The notes below the pieces were generated by a model. That model saw only the letters and a program-made list of their open reading frames with translations, was not told where the DNA came from and searched no databases. Of a stretch of DNA of 58,606 nt, positions 27,083 through 36,132 are shown in pieces (the stretch's first letter is position 1; each line of letters starts with the position of its first letter). The translations under genes were made by a program, and so were the position numbers. Source of the DNA: a virus (taxonomy: Duplodnaviria > Caudoviricetes); IMG/VR virus record IMGVR_UViG_3300027844_000607, positions 1 through 58,606 of that record; one strand, written 5' to 3'.

Positions 27083-27111
27083 ATTATATCACACGCGACG
27101 ACAAATGTCGA
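27083..27111 (-). promoter_or_regulatory. Sigma70-type promoter for the tmRNA gene
   Basis: TCGACA-17 nt-TATAAT with extended TGn. Confidence 0.8.
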
Positions 27112-27116
27112 GGCAC

Positions 27117-27287
27117 CTAGTGTCGGAATACCTCCTTATAAAGCGGCAAGTCTTTGGTACGTTGCTCGACAAGCTCTGCCAATGTGCCATGCGCGGCGTC
27201 CCGCTCAGAGAGAAGCGGAGACTCTACACCTTGCAGATCCGTTCGTTCGGCGTGCAGATGGGTGGTGTCGGGTTTCTCAGCTATCAA
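27117..27287 (-). CDS. Small hypothetical protein (56 aa)
   Basis: TTG-start ORF MIAEKPDTTHLHAERTD...KEVFRH fills the gap between the exonuclease and the tmRNA promoter. Confidence 0.35.
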   Translation of the reverse strand: MIAEKPDTTHLHAERTDLQGVESPLLSERDAAHGTLAELVEQRTKDLPLYKEVFRH

Positions 27288-27293
27288 TGGTAA

Positions 27294-27962
27294 TTACGCC
27301 ACAGATACCGTGGCATGTGTGTAGAAGTAGTTAATCGCTTCGCGCAGTTGATCATAATAGTCCATTGGACGAATTGTAAACACTTGTAACCCCTCTGGAG
27401 ACGCGACAGGAAGCACGACCTGTTTGCACTTCATTCCCGTGCGTTCATACAAGGCGAGTGCGTAGAACGCGCCCTGTACGCAGTAGGACTGAACATACGC
27501 TTCCTTCTTCGGTTTGTTGGATTGCTTGAAGTCTACGATAGACAACACGCCGTCCACTTCCGCAATCAAGTCGGTACGTCCTGCCACCAAGAGTTTGTCG
27601 GAATAGAGATCAACTTCCTGCTCGTAGACGCCGGTAATGTTCGCGTCGAGCCATGGATGGAGGTGTCGCCAGAGTTCCATCACATGTGGCTCGACATCGT
27701 CGATGGGTAAATTGCCGAGATATTCCTCGGCGAGTGTGTGGAGTTTGAGGCCACGCCCTGATGCCGTTTTTGAAACCTGCGCGGCTACCTTTTTCCCGAC
27801 ACGCTTCTGCCATGCTATGAGTTCCGGTTTCGGTTTCGCTCCGAGAACACGCGTGATAGAAGGATAGACCAGTTCAGTGCCTACAACAGAATACACACGA
27901 CCGGTGGTCGAGTTATGCTGTTTGAGCTTGGGGAGTCCGAGCGGCGTATGATGATGAAACAT
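27294..27962 (-). CDS. PD-(D/E)XK exonuclease
   Basis: YPSITRVL, RGLKLHTLAE, AGRTDLIA, IVDFKQS, Q...Y. Confidence 0.88.
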   Translation of the reverse strand: MFHHHTPLGLPKLKQHNSTTGRVYSVVGTELVYPSITRVLGAKPKPELIAWQKRVGKKVAAQVSKTASGRGLKLHTLAEEYLGNLPIDDVEPHVMELWRHLHPWLDANITGVYEQEVDLYSDKLLVAGRTDLIAEVDGVLSIVDFKQSNKPKKEAYVQSYCVQGAFYALALYERTGMKCKQVVLPVASPEGLQVFTIRPMDYYDQLREAINYFYTHATVSVA

Positions 27963-28222
27963 TACTCTGGAATCTGTATGGTTGATCCGCGATTTCTTTT
28001 CTTGATGTCGCGGAGCATGTCCTTGAATGTCTCTGGTGTTTTCAGCCCACCTCGGTTGATGGTGTAGCTCACGCCTGGCGCGGCGATTACACGCTCAAGT
28101 GTGCCTTCCTTTTTACACGTCGGGCACGGTTGTGTGGTCGGATAGTCACGTTCGGCAATTAAAAATTGCACGTCCTCTATCCTAAAGTCACAAGCATTAC
28201 AGGCGTAGTCATAACGTGGCAC
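27962..28222 (-). CDS. FmdB-like zinc-ribbon protein
   Basis: MPRYDYACNAC...CPTC. Confidence 0.8.
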   Translation of the reverse strand: MPRYDYACNACDFRIEDVQFLIAERDYPTTQPCPTCKKEGTLERVIAAPGVSYTINRGGLKTPETFKDMLRDIKKRNRGSTIQIPE

Positions 28223-28233
28223 AAAAACACTCC

Positions 28234-28572
28234 TTAGTGGATATACGTATTTGAGGAATACAGCCTGGGATTTTCAAATCGTTCATCGGGCCCGACCGAG
28301 TTCGGTAGATATGTAAGCACGCCCAATGAGGCACGAACAACCTGTGCAATGTCATCGTAAAAGTTACTATGTTCGGGTGGAACTAAGCTCGCCCGCATTT
28401 CACAAACGTTCGCCAGCACTAGCAGACAATCCATAGCAGACTCTTGTGATGTCTCATCCATCATTGCCTGTGCGAATTCCTGCATTGCTTCCACTTCTTC
28501 TTCTTTACTTTCGAATATCGATGACATTACCGTGTCTTTGCGGTATCGAATCTTAGGTGGCGTCGGATTCAT
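28234..28572 (-). CDS. Hypothetical protein
   Basis: 112-aa ORF in a co-oriented run. Confidence 0.55.
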   Translation of the reverse strand: MNPTPPKIRYRKDTVMSSIFESKEEEVEAMQEFAQAMMDETSQESAMDCLLVLANVCEMRASLVPPEHSNFYDDIAQVVRASLGVLTYLPNSVGPDERFENPRLYSSNTYIH

Positions 28573-28909
28573 TATGCGACTCCTTCTCAGATGATGTCGA
28601 AGTTTCCTCGGACATCCACCGTCGAACGCGTGCTATTGAATCAGGCGTCAACCGGCGGACCAGCGGGCTGCCCATCGTCGCCCGTATGTAAACACAGAGC
28701 GCACCTATTCCCAACACTATATCCCCGAATGAATCCGCCGCCGGAAGATTGTATATAGCAATCGCGAGAGCGGACAGCGCGATGCCGATGCGAATTGCTT
28801 TATCGAATTGTAGGGTAGTTTCGCACTCTAGTTTAAGCTGCGATGCAACACGCTGCGAGACGGATTCGCTAAGGAGGTCGTTATCTTCGCTGCTCATTGT
28901 CTTTTCCAC
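28553..28909 (-). CDS. Hypothetical membrane protein (2 TM)
   Basis: Two hydrophobic segments; co-oriented. Confidence 0.5.
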   Translation of the reverse strand: MEKTMSSEDNDLLSESVSQRVASQLKLECETTLQFDKAIRIGIALSALAIAIYNLPAADSFGDIVLGIGALCVYIRATMGSPLVRRLTPDSIARVRRWMSEETSTSSEKESHNESDAT

Positions 28910-29088
28910 TCGTCATAGTCTTCAAACGCTTCCGTGTCGTTATTCTTCACCGCATGGCGCAACTCTGTTTCTATCCGTTGCTTGGTTGGTACCTTGACGA
29001 TCTTATCGGTATACGGGCTCAGTTCTCGCTTTCGGTTTAAGTTTTTGTACGCGGAGACTTTTTTTCTCTGACGTATTCCGTTAGACAT
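28894..29088 (-). CDS. Small hypothetical protein
   Basis: 64 aa, basic N-terminus and acidic C-terminus. Confidence 0.5.
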   Translation of the reverse strand: MSNGIRQRKKVSAYKNLNRKRELSPYTDKIVKVPTKQRIETELRHAVKNNDTEAFEDYDEWKRQ

Positions 29089-29106
29089 GATACTTTCATT
29101 AACCTC

Positions 29107-29589
29107 TTATCGAAGAAATTTAATAGAGACCGGGCGTTCCAACAAGCCAGGAAACGCCGCATCAACGATTTTCTTTGGCACTCGATAGGCATTGACAAAC
29201 TTTCCGTCCTTCGCCGCCACGATCATCGCCGCTTCAGTTGGGTGGATGCGCTCAAGAAGTTGTTGGAACAACACTTCACGTCGCCGTGGCGCGAGTCCGT
29301 CGTTGCCGCCACGCAAATAAAGGTACATGGTTCGCATCTCCCGCATCAGGTTTGATGGCGTCAATCCATGTGCGCCCTTTTCGGCTTTGTGTGGCGGCGT
29401 ACCTTCGGGTAACAACCACTCAACATCCGAGTGCGCCAACTTCAAGAAATACAGTAAGGCCTGTGAGTTATTCTCGCGGAGGTTCTTGACCTTGTCCGCT
29501 ATCTTGATGAGTTTCTGTTGCCGTTCGAACACTTCCCCGAGACTCCGAAGGTGCCGTGAATGCTTTATCCTCATGATTGGCAGTGCCAT
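29107..29589 (-). CDS. Conserved T4-like phage hypothetical protein
   Basis: WLLPEGTPP...RREVLFQQLLERIHPTEA...KD...VDAAFPGL pattern familiar from T4-like phages. Confidence 0.7.
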   Translation of the reverse strand: MALPIMRIKHSRHLRSLGEVFERQQKLIKIADKVKNLRENNSQALLYFLKLAHSDVEWLLPEGTPPHKAEKGAHGLTPSNLMREMRTMYLYLRGGNDGLAPRRREVLFQQLLERIHPTEAAMIVAAKDGKFVNAYRVPKKIVDAAFPGLLERPVSIKFLR

Positions 29590-29818
29590 TCTCCGATAAT
29601 AGGTGACAGACTTGTTTCAATAAACGCACGATATCGACAATTGGCTGATCACACGCCGTATTCCATCGACCCGTACTCTCATAGTATTGTATCATACTTT
29701 TCAAACGAGCGAGCGTTTCTTCTTCCAGCTTTTTATATACTTCTGCCGATGATAGGTTATCAACGACGGGTTGTACGTAATCACTCCGCGGCGTAAAAGG
29801 AATAACGTTTGCAGTCAT
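29468..29818 (-). CDS. Hypothetical protein
   Basis: MTANVIPF start overlaps the upstream stop; 3' end overlaps the next gene. Confidence 0.45.
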   Translation of the reverse strand: MTANVIPFTPRSDYVQPVVDNLSSAEVYKKLEEETLARLKSMIQYYESTGRWNTACDQPIVDIVRLLKQVCHLLSENGTANHEDKAFTAPSESRGSVRTATETHQDSGQGQEPPRE

Positions 29819-30786
29819 TCAATAACCAACTTCTGTACTGGCGTGCCTTCGCTAATGACCGCCTTCAACAGATGCTTCCATGATTCCACACGTCCTTCAA
29901 ACGAGTAGAACTGTTGATAGTAGATGCTCTGGAGCTTGAGGATGGTGTGAATGTGTTCATCATCATAGGTGTCTATCGCTCGACGCATACACCCCAGCGT
30001 ACGGGTAATCATCACTTCGGGGCGTTCATCGAATTCGAACATCCAGGCCCATTCCGCCGCGGTTTCCGGCAGCGCACCAAAGTTTGTGGTGATTGCCAAG
30101 CAGCCCGACATGAGGGCTTCCTGAATCGCCATACATGAGGTTTCCGCGTAGATGGACGGATAGACAAACACATGTGAGTCCATTAGTGCGCCACGCACGA
30201 TGCTGTTCTCCTGTGTGCCGTGATAGACGACACACGGGTTCGCCTTCAAGGCGTCGAACACGGGCTTGAACTGCTCGTCTGCGTTTTCCCATCCGTAAAT
30301 CTTGAAGGACGAATAAACGTGAAGTTCCCAATCCTGGCGTTCCTTTGCGAGTGCAGCCGCGGCCGCCGTCAAGATTGCCAGGCCACGATGCGGGGTGGAC
30401 GTATACATAAACCGCAGTTTTCCATCCTGCTTTGGTTTGGGAAGCACGGCCGCCCGATGCGGCACACCATTTTTGATGACGAGGCCTTCGCTATACGGAA
30501 TACCGAGATACTGATTATACTGCTGTTGCTGCCAATGAGAGACAAACACAATGCGATTGAACTGTGTACGATACGTCGGGTCACGCAAGACAGCACTGGC
30601 GGGATCTTGCGGCAAATCTTGAAGAATAAGAACACGCGGCTTATCTTCAAAGGTGTAATTCTCTGGGCGAGACATCATAATTTGAACTTGGTCAGTCAGT
30701 TCTGGCAGCGCCTTCCGAATATTCGCTTCCAGTAATTCTGTGCCGCCCATGGGCTTTGCGTTGGGGTCGAACGCGTCGTCACTCAT
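29815..30786 (-). CDS. GT-B (GT4-like) glycosyltransferase
   Basis: MGGTEL, VFVSHWQ, YTSTPHRGL, YPSIYAETSCMAIQEA (Ex7E), GALPET. Confidence 0.85.
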   Translation of the reverse strand: MSDDAFDPNAKPMGGTELLEANIRKALPELTDQVQIMMSRPENYTFEDKPRVLILQDLPQDPASAVLRDPTYRTQFNRIVFVSHWQQQQYNQYLGIPYSEGLVIKNGVPHRAAVLPKPKQDGKLRFMYTSTPHRGLAILTAAAAALAKERQDWELHVYSSFKIYGWENADEQFKPVFDALKANPCVVYHGTQENSIVRGALMDSHVFVYPSIYAETSCMAIQEALMSGCLAITTNFGALPETAAEWAWMFEFDERPEVMITRTLGCMRRAIDTYDDEHIHTILKLQSIYYQQFYSFEGRVESWKHLLKAVISEGTPVQKLVIE

Positions 30787-30792
30787 TGAGTA

Positions 30793-30987
30793 TCATCCTT
30801 TTTTAGAGTATCGGTTTTGGGCGTTGTAGCCTTTGATAATGAAACTGCTGACGCTGCTGAGTCTTTCAATCGTCTCACCCGCGCCGCCGCATTCAGGACA
30901 CGCAACTTCTCCAAGATTTCGGTAGGAGTGAACATACTGTTGGAAATGTTTTTCGCAGTCATGGCAAATCAATTCATAGAGTGGCAT
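30793..30987 (-). CDS. FmdB-like zinc-ribbon protein
   Basis: MPLYELICHDC...CPECG. Confidence 0.78.
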   Translation of the reverse strand: MPLYELICHDCEKHFQQYVHSYRNLGEVACPECGGAGETIERLSSVSSFIIKGYNAQNRYSKKG

Positions 30988-31861
30988 GTTTTGGTTTTGG
31001 AACCACCGCTTCGACTATGTCTTTCGTATCAAGAATACCTCGTCGAATAGACCAGTTATAATCGACGGCCGCCTTTAATGTTGCGAAGTCGTATCTCATG
31101 AGATCGCAGGCATGGAGCAACGCCGCGGTATCTTTGGGGAAACAGAAGCCGCCCCAGCCACGCTGTTGTGTGACGGTCGTGTGGTTAGCACCAATATCGT
31201 CACGCATGATGAGCAGCGACCGGACAACGTCGAAGTCCAATCCCTGCCGTTGACACAGATCGAAGATGTGATTGAAGAAGCTCACCTTCACTGCCAGAAA
31301 ACCGTTCGACGCATACTTCATCATGATGGCTTCCTTGACCGCGCACTGGTGGATGTGAGCTTTGGGTAGCACCGTGTTGAAGTACTTCGTCCATGTGGCG
31401 TCAGGCGTATCATCACCAAGCACCACAAAATCCTGTGCGGCAAAGTCTGCGGCCGCGTCGGCCGCCTTTAGGAATTCGGGGGAGTATGTTATCTTCATGT
31501 GTGGACGCTGCGCCTTGATCGTGTCCCAAGATCCAAACGTGAGCGTACTCTTGATAAGCACCGGCACGTCAGGGTACTGGTGTGCAACACGCTTAAGTAC
31601 GTCTAGAACGTTGTCGATATTACAACTACCATCGGGTGCCTGCGGTGTGGAGACACAGACGATGATACCATCGACCTCAACGAATCGCTTCGAACTGACA
31701 ACGAGACCGCCAAGCACCGTATCCGTTTGCGTCGTGCTGTGAAGAAGGTCCCACGAACCACGTTCGGGAAATTGGGGATCGATAATGTAATGGGGAAGGC
31801 GCTTCGACGCGGTGTTGTAAAGGGCAGAACCAACATAACCAAATCCAGCAATAACGTACAT
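30974..31861 (-). CDS. ugd: UDP-glucose 6-dehydrogenase-like protein (lacks the C-terminal domain)
   Basis: GFGYVG, VCVSTP, IKST, SPEFL, KYASNGFLAVKVSFFN, catalytic GWGGFCFPKD; only 295 aa. Confidence 0.82.
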   Translation of the reverse strand: MYVIAGFGYVGSALYNTASKRLPHYIIDPQFPERGSWDLLHSTTQTDTVLGGLVVSSKRFVEVDGIIVCVSTPQAPDGSCNIDNVLDVLKRVAHQYPDVPVLIKSTLTFGSWDTIKAQRPHMKITYSPEFLKAADAAADFAAQDFVVLGDDTPDATWTKYFNTVLPKAHIHQCAVKEAIMMKYASNGFLAVKVSFFNHIFDLCQRQGLDFDVVRSLLIMRDDIGANHTTVTQQRGWGGFCFPKDTAALLHACDLMRYDFATLKAAVDYNWSIRRGILDTKDIVEAVVPKPKHATL

Positions 31862-31915
31862 GCACTAATCTCCCATTAAAATTCTAGCCCGAAGCATTTG
31901 TTACCGTTAATTATA

Positions 31916-32206
31916 TCACAGATCGGGAGGCGGGGGAAGCTGCACGGTCACTGCGGTCATGAAAAACTTTCGCATTTCCCTCTCCACAATCTTATCGTCT
32001 CTGTCCCGCGCTTCCATATTCAAAACACACCAATCATCCATCGCCCCCTTTACCTCTCGGCTTCCCTGCCCACTTCCGGCGGGGAATGTTGAGGAGGCGT
32101 AGAACCCGTTGACGCATTCCACCAACATGCTTATTTGCATTGTGGTTGGAGGGGCGTCGTAAAAAACCCCCAACAACATAAAAGATGTGGCGATAGATAG
32201 AATCAT
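31916..32206 (-). CDS. Hypothetical exported/membrane protein
   Basis: Hydrophobic N-terminus; co-oriented. Confidence 0.45.
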   Translation of the reverse strand: MILSIATSFMLLGVFYDAPPTTMQISMLVECVNGFYASSTFPAGSGQGSREVKGAMDDWCVLNMEARDRDDKIVEREMRKFFMTAVTVQLPPPPDL

Positions 32207-32215
32207 TAACCTACG

Positions 32216-32464
32216 CTAAAAGCTTGAATGAGTCAGTGTGTCTGTAGTCCACCCCTCCACTAGTAGCCCAACATTATTCGAATGCGTGACTAACGTATCG
32301 TGTTTCAAACACACATCACACATAGCGGTGTGGTACTCTGCAATGGGTAGCGGTTTCTGTTCCTGTACCCACGTACTATATTTAGTCGCGCAGCGCCGAC
32401 ACACTGCCGTTGGTTGTTCCTGTGCAATCTTGTAGTCTGCCACAGTTCTATTGGTCCTTGCCAT
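32216..32464 (-). CDS. Small zinc-finger-like protein
   Basis: CRRC...CDVC. Confidence 0.5.
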   Translation of the reverse strand: MARTNRTVADYKIAQEQPTAVCRRCATKYSTWVQEQKPLPIAEYHTAMCDVCLKHDTLVTHSNNVGLLVEGWTTDTLTHSSF

Positions 32465-32473
32465 TTCGAATGA

Positions 32474-32695
32474 TCATCGTCCCGTGGATTGATAAGATTG
32501 CTTATTCCACACCGCGTCCTCGGAATGTGCGTCTCGCCGTGGTCGTTGCGGCCGCGTTGGTGTAATCCTAACGGGGTTCAACTGTTCTGCCTGATGTGTT
32601 GCCCGAGCGCGTTCTTTGATAAGACGCTCCGGTGTGACCTCGCCGTAGAGGGTAGTCTTGATGGTGGTGGTGCCGACGGTAGTTGTAAATGTCAT
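32474..32695 (-). CDS. Hypothetical protein
   Basis: Probable start MTFTTTVG at 32695 after SD AGGA. Confidence 0.45.
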   Translation of the reverse strand: MTFTTTVGTTTIKTTLYGEVTPERLIKERARATHQAEQLNPVRITPTRPQRPRRDAHSEDAVWNKQSYQSTGR

Positions 32696-32703
32696 AATGT
32701 TTC

Positions 32704-33618
32704 CTAGAACGTTACACTCACGACGAACCCCGTTTGATTGATGGTCACACCAGTTGTCGTGCCGACATACGGTGAGAACCACAAGTTCGTCAACGGTTGG
32801 CGCGCCAGCGACCCGAGGTTGAATGAGATCGGCGCAATACCAACGCTCTGTTCTTCTTTGGACAGTGCGACCATAGGTGTGAGGAATGCCCAACGGGTAT
32901 CTTCGGTTGCTGTCGTGTTACCACGTTTCAACCACGGAGTTGCGAAAAAGATTCGCTGCTCACCGCCCGCGTGTCCGACACCACCCTGTACCGTCAGCTT
33001 GGTGTAGAAGTGCGGCGTGTTGCCTGTAACCGCAACCGTTGTGGTTTCCGTTGTGGGAATCAGCACACGCTCGTCATTTGGGCCGATCTCATATAGACGA
33101 ATGAGGTTCGTTGGGACATTGTCTTTGTCGCGCCCAACGCTATTGACGATGGAGAACTTCTGTGTGAGCGTGTAGTTCGCGATATTATTTTCTGCGGTGA
33201 AGTCCAGTCGCCAGTCTTTGAACGTCACGGTCGCCACGGCGGGTGCTGTCTCTGTCGGTGGAACCACAGTAGTGACCGCAACGCCGGTGCCACTGCTCTG
33301 TGCTTCTGCCAACGACACCGACAGTTGTTCGACCCGTATCTTCAACTCGTCGTTTTGTTCCAGCAAGGCGAGCGCCGCGGTTTGATCCTCTATCTCAATA
33401 TATTCGACCACGACCCTCTCAGTAATGACCTCGACGGGCACCTCTATGGTGACAACATTCGGCGCGGGCTGACTGATGGTGGCGGTTGTTTCGGGTGATG
33501 GACGTTGCAGGTAGCCAAAGAAAAACGCAGCTACAACCAATATGGTAAGAAATACCGTCACCATTTGTCCACCGCATATGCGCTTGAGTGTGGCGATAAG
33601 TTTATTCAATATATGCAT
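32704..33618 (-). CDS. Late membrane-anchored coiled-coil protein
   Basis: N-terminal TM helix, coiled coil, beta-rich C-terminus ending in F; CTAAATA at 33627-33633. Confidence 0.55.
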   Translation of the reverse strand: MHILNKLIATLKRICGGQMVTVFLTILVVAAFFFGYLQRPSPETTATISQPAPNVVTIEVPVEVITERVVVEYIEIEDQTAALALLEQNDELKIRVEQLSVSLAEAQSSGTGVAVTTVVPPTETAPAVATVTFKDWRLDFTAENNIANYTLTQKFSIVNSVGRDKDNVPTNLIRLYEIGPNDERVLIPTTETTTVAVTGNTPHFYTKLTVQGGVGHAGGEQRIFFATPWLKRGNTTATEDTRWAFLTPMVALSKEEQSVGIAPISFNLGSLARQPLTNLWFSPYVGTTTGVTINQTGFVVSVTF

Positions 33619-33660
33619 CTTACGGCTATTTAGCTCACCAACGCACTTCTTAAAGAAGGA

Positions 33661-34635
33661 TCAGTTGGCGACGAGCCTCGCGAGGCCCTCTGGCGTTGAC
33701 GATGTAAAGTAATCAATAGTCTTCTGAAGGCCCTGTTCAAGTGTGACGGACGGTTCCCATTGTAACATCGTTTTGGCAAGCGTGATGTCTGGTTGTCGTT
33801 TTTTAGGATCGTCCACCGGAAGGGGACGAAAGACGATGCGACTTCTGGAATTAGTCAACCGGATTACCGTGCGGGCGATTTCCTCCACCGTGACCTCATA
33901 TGGATTGCCAATGTTGATTGGGTCGCTCCAACTCGCATCTAATGCCATCAACCGCATCACGCCCTCGACGAGATCCGTTATGTAACAGAAGCTCCGCGTC
34001 TGACTACCGTCACCGAAGACCGTCACATCTTCATTGTAGAGTGCCTGAGATATAAACGCTGGGATAGCGCGGCCATCCTTGGGCCTCATATGTGGACCGT
34101 AGGTGTTGAAGATACGTGCAATCTTTACGTTGAGTCCGTGGGAACGATGATACGCGAGCGTCAGTGCTTCAGCAAATCGCTTCGCTTCGTCATACACACC
34201 ACGTGGTCCAGTGGGGTTGACGTTGCCCCAGTACGTTTCCTTTTGTGGATGTTCCAGTGGATCACCGTACACCTCAGACGTTGACGCGAGGATAAATCCC
34301 GCATTTTTCGCTTTCGCGAGTCCTAGCGCATTGAGTGTTCCAAGAGAACCGACCTTGAGTGTTTGGATCGGCAGTTCAAGGTAGTCCTTTGGGCTTGCGG
34401 GACTCGCCCAGTGTAGCACGAAATCAACCGGGCCATCGATGTCGATGGGATGGGTGACATCATGCCGAATGAAGTAGAACGAATCATAGAGTTCAAACTG
34501 CCGTAAATTGGCAATGTTCGCAAGACTACCAGTCAGGAGATTGTCGATACCGATCACCTTATGTCCGCGATTTAGCAGCGTCTGACTGAGATGAGAGCCG
34601 ATGAATCCGGCCGCACCCGTAACAACTATTCTCAC
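33661..34635 (-). CDS. uxs: UDP-glucuronate decarboxylase (UDP-xylose synthase family)
   Basis: [76 protein letters not shown]. Confidence 0.92.
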   Translation of the reverse strand: MRIVVTGAAGFIGSHLSQTLLNRGHKVIGIDNLLTGSLANIANLRQFELYDSFYFIRHDVTHPIDIDGPVDFVLHWASPASPKDYLELPIQTLKVGSLGTLNALGLAKAKNAGFILASTSEVYGDPLEHPQKETYWGNVNPTGPRGVYDEAKRFAEALTLAYHRSHGLNVKIARIFNTYGPHMRPKDGRAIPAFISQALYNEDVTVFGDGSQTRSFCYITDLVEGVMRLMALDASWSDPINIGNPYEVTVEEIARTVIRLTNSRSRIVFRPLPVDDPKKRQPDITLAKTMLQWEPSVTLEQGLQKTIDYFTSSTPEGLARLVAN

Positions 34636-34844
34636 GACGACGCTTTTTTTAGCTCTTTCTGATATCGCTGACGTTGTCTTACGGCGCCAATACCTTTCCC
34701 CAATCGCCGATCTAGGTCATCGAGCTTATGCTGTGTCGTGAGTTCGTCCCAGCGAGCAGTGCGCTCGGCACCCTCTTTGATTCGCTCTACCTTGCGATCA
34801 GGGCGTGGCGTGTTTTTCTTTCCGCTACCTTTAAGTATAGTCAT
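34632..34844 (-). CDS. Small basic hypothetical protein
   Basis: 70-aa co-oriented ORF overlapping the uxs start. Confidence 0.5.
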   Translation of the reverse strand: MTILKGSGKKNTPRPDRKVERIKEGAERTARWDELTTQHKLDDLDRRLGKGIGAVRQRQRYQKELKKASS

Positions 34845-34853
34845 TTCACGTTC

Positions 34854-35135
34854 CTATTGACGGTTACGTTTGCGAGAACTTTTTGCTAATTGCGCCTTGC
34901 GACGGTTCTTCGCTTTCGTCTTTGCTTTACTCTTGACTCGCAATACACGACGTTGCTCTACTTCGACCATCTGTCGCAAAATTGCGAGTTTCTTGGCCTG
35001 CAGTTCAGCTTCGGGTACCGTGATCCGTTTCGGTGTCGTGTCTGTCGTGTCGCCTTCGGGTGCGCCGGTAATTTCATACTCGACAGGTTCGGTAGGTGCA
35101 ATAAGAGTTGGTTCTTTGTCCATTAGACTCCCCAT
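34854..35135 (-). CDS. Hypothetical protein with basic tail
   Basis: Ends KNRRKAQLAKSSRKRNRQ. Confidence 0.55.
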   Translation of the reverse strand: MGSLMDKEPTLIAPTEPVEYEITGAPEGDTTDTTPKRITVPEAELQAKKLAILRQMVEVEQRRVLRVKSKAKTKAKNRRKAQLAKSSRKRNRQ

Positions 35136-35593
35136 TCATCTGGATGGGCGATAGGCGACCATCCCATATTACGAAATGTGTCACGAACTTCGTCAGTGAC
35201 AACACCCTCTTCGACCGCACCTTCGAGGCATCCCATACCACTACAATACCAATGGACGTACGTTTCTATAACGTCGGGGTTCTCTGTCTTGTTATAAAAC
35301 TCGTTACGAATCAGTGCGATGATTTCTGCGGCTTTGCGCCATGAATACGACACCTTTATTGGATCCGCGCCTGTTGTCAATTCCTCTACACGAATAAACT
35401 GTTGATTGCAGAGTGCCGCATACACATGCTGGGCAAACACTTCGTCTCTTCCAATACGTTTACAAATATCGGTTTGTGCCCACAAGTCCGTTTTTAAGAC
35501 ATCATGAATGTCATCGGCATAGTTTTGCTCGTCGGTGGCGAAATGCTTGACCATCTCTTTTTTTGGTTTCATGTGGTCCATTATATCATACAA
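35123..35593 (-). CDS. Conserved phage hypothetical protein
   Basis: FAQHVYAALCN...SWRKAA...YVHWYCSG...EGVVTDEV...GW. Confidence 0.7.
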   Translation of the reverse strand: MYDIMDHMKPKKEMVKHFATDEQNYADDIHDVLKTDLWAQTDICKRIGRDEVFAQHVYAALCNQQFIRVEELTTGADPIKVSYSWRKAAEIIALIRNEFYNKTENPDVIETYVHWYCSGMGCLEGAVEEGVVTDEVRDTFRNMGWSPIAHPDEWGV

Positions 35594-35597
35594 TCAT

Positions 35598-35682
35598 TGG
35601 CGGAGAGTGCCGGAATCGAACCGACTACCCGATCACCGAGCGACAGTTTTCAAGACTGCTTGCCACCGTTGGCCTACTCTCC
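35598..35682 (-). tRNA. tRNA-Ser (anticodon UGA), CCA encoded
   Basis: GGAGAGT/ACTCTCC acceptor stem, discriminator G + CCA, anticodon loop CTTGAAA, long variable arm, GGTTCGATTCC T-arm. Confidence 0.9.
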
Positions 35683-36132
35683 CTGTGTTTGGCACGGATA
35701 TTCATAGTTGTCGGACTCCTGATTAGTACTGAGTACTTTCGCCCCGTTCGCCAAATGAAAATCGCGAGCCATGTCTGTTATTGGTGAGAGCGTGACAACT
35801 CGCGTGATTTCACTGTGCGCGGCCATGATGTGCTTCAGTGCTGCGGATACCATCTGGCGACCTGAGCCACGCACATACGACCACACGGAGTAGAGAGTCA
35901 CAATTGGCGCGCCGAGACTCATTGTCATGTCGGACAGTTCTGCCATCGTGCGAGGTACTGCCGAGACATACGCTACACAGAGAACCGCGAGAATAACACC
36001 GTCATTGTAAAGCCCGTAAACTTCTCGTCCGTCTGCAATTCGAAATTCCATCGGGAGATGGCGGCGCACCTGATCATCCCGAATCAATGGGCATGACAGG
36101 TCGTTAATTTTTTGCAGATAATTCATTGCCAT
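35674..36132 (-). CDS. GNAT-fold / malonyl-CoA-decarboxylase-C-terminal-like hypothetical protein
   Basis: YSVWSY..GSGRQM, VVTLSP..MARDFHLANGA; start reassigned. Confidence 0.55.
   Translation of the reverse strand: MAMNYLQKINDLSCPLIRDDQVRRHLPMEFRIADGREVYGLYNDGVILAVLCVAYVSAVPRTMAELSDMTMSLGAPIVTLYSVWSYVRGSGRQMVSAALKHIMAAHSEITRVVTLSPITDMARDFHLANGAKVLSTNQESDNYEYPCQTQGE

Noticed and set aside
27294-27962. Cas4 / CRISPR adaptation gene
   Set aside because: A PD-(D/E)XK exonuclease without the four-Cys Fe-S pattern; a common T4-like phage gene with no array nearby.
35598-35682. Selenocysteine or opal-suppressor tRNA
   Set aside because: On the coding strand the anticodon is UGA (reads UCA, Ser), not UCA, and the acceptor stem is a normal 7 bp.
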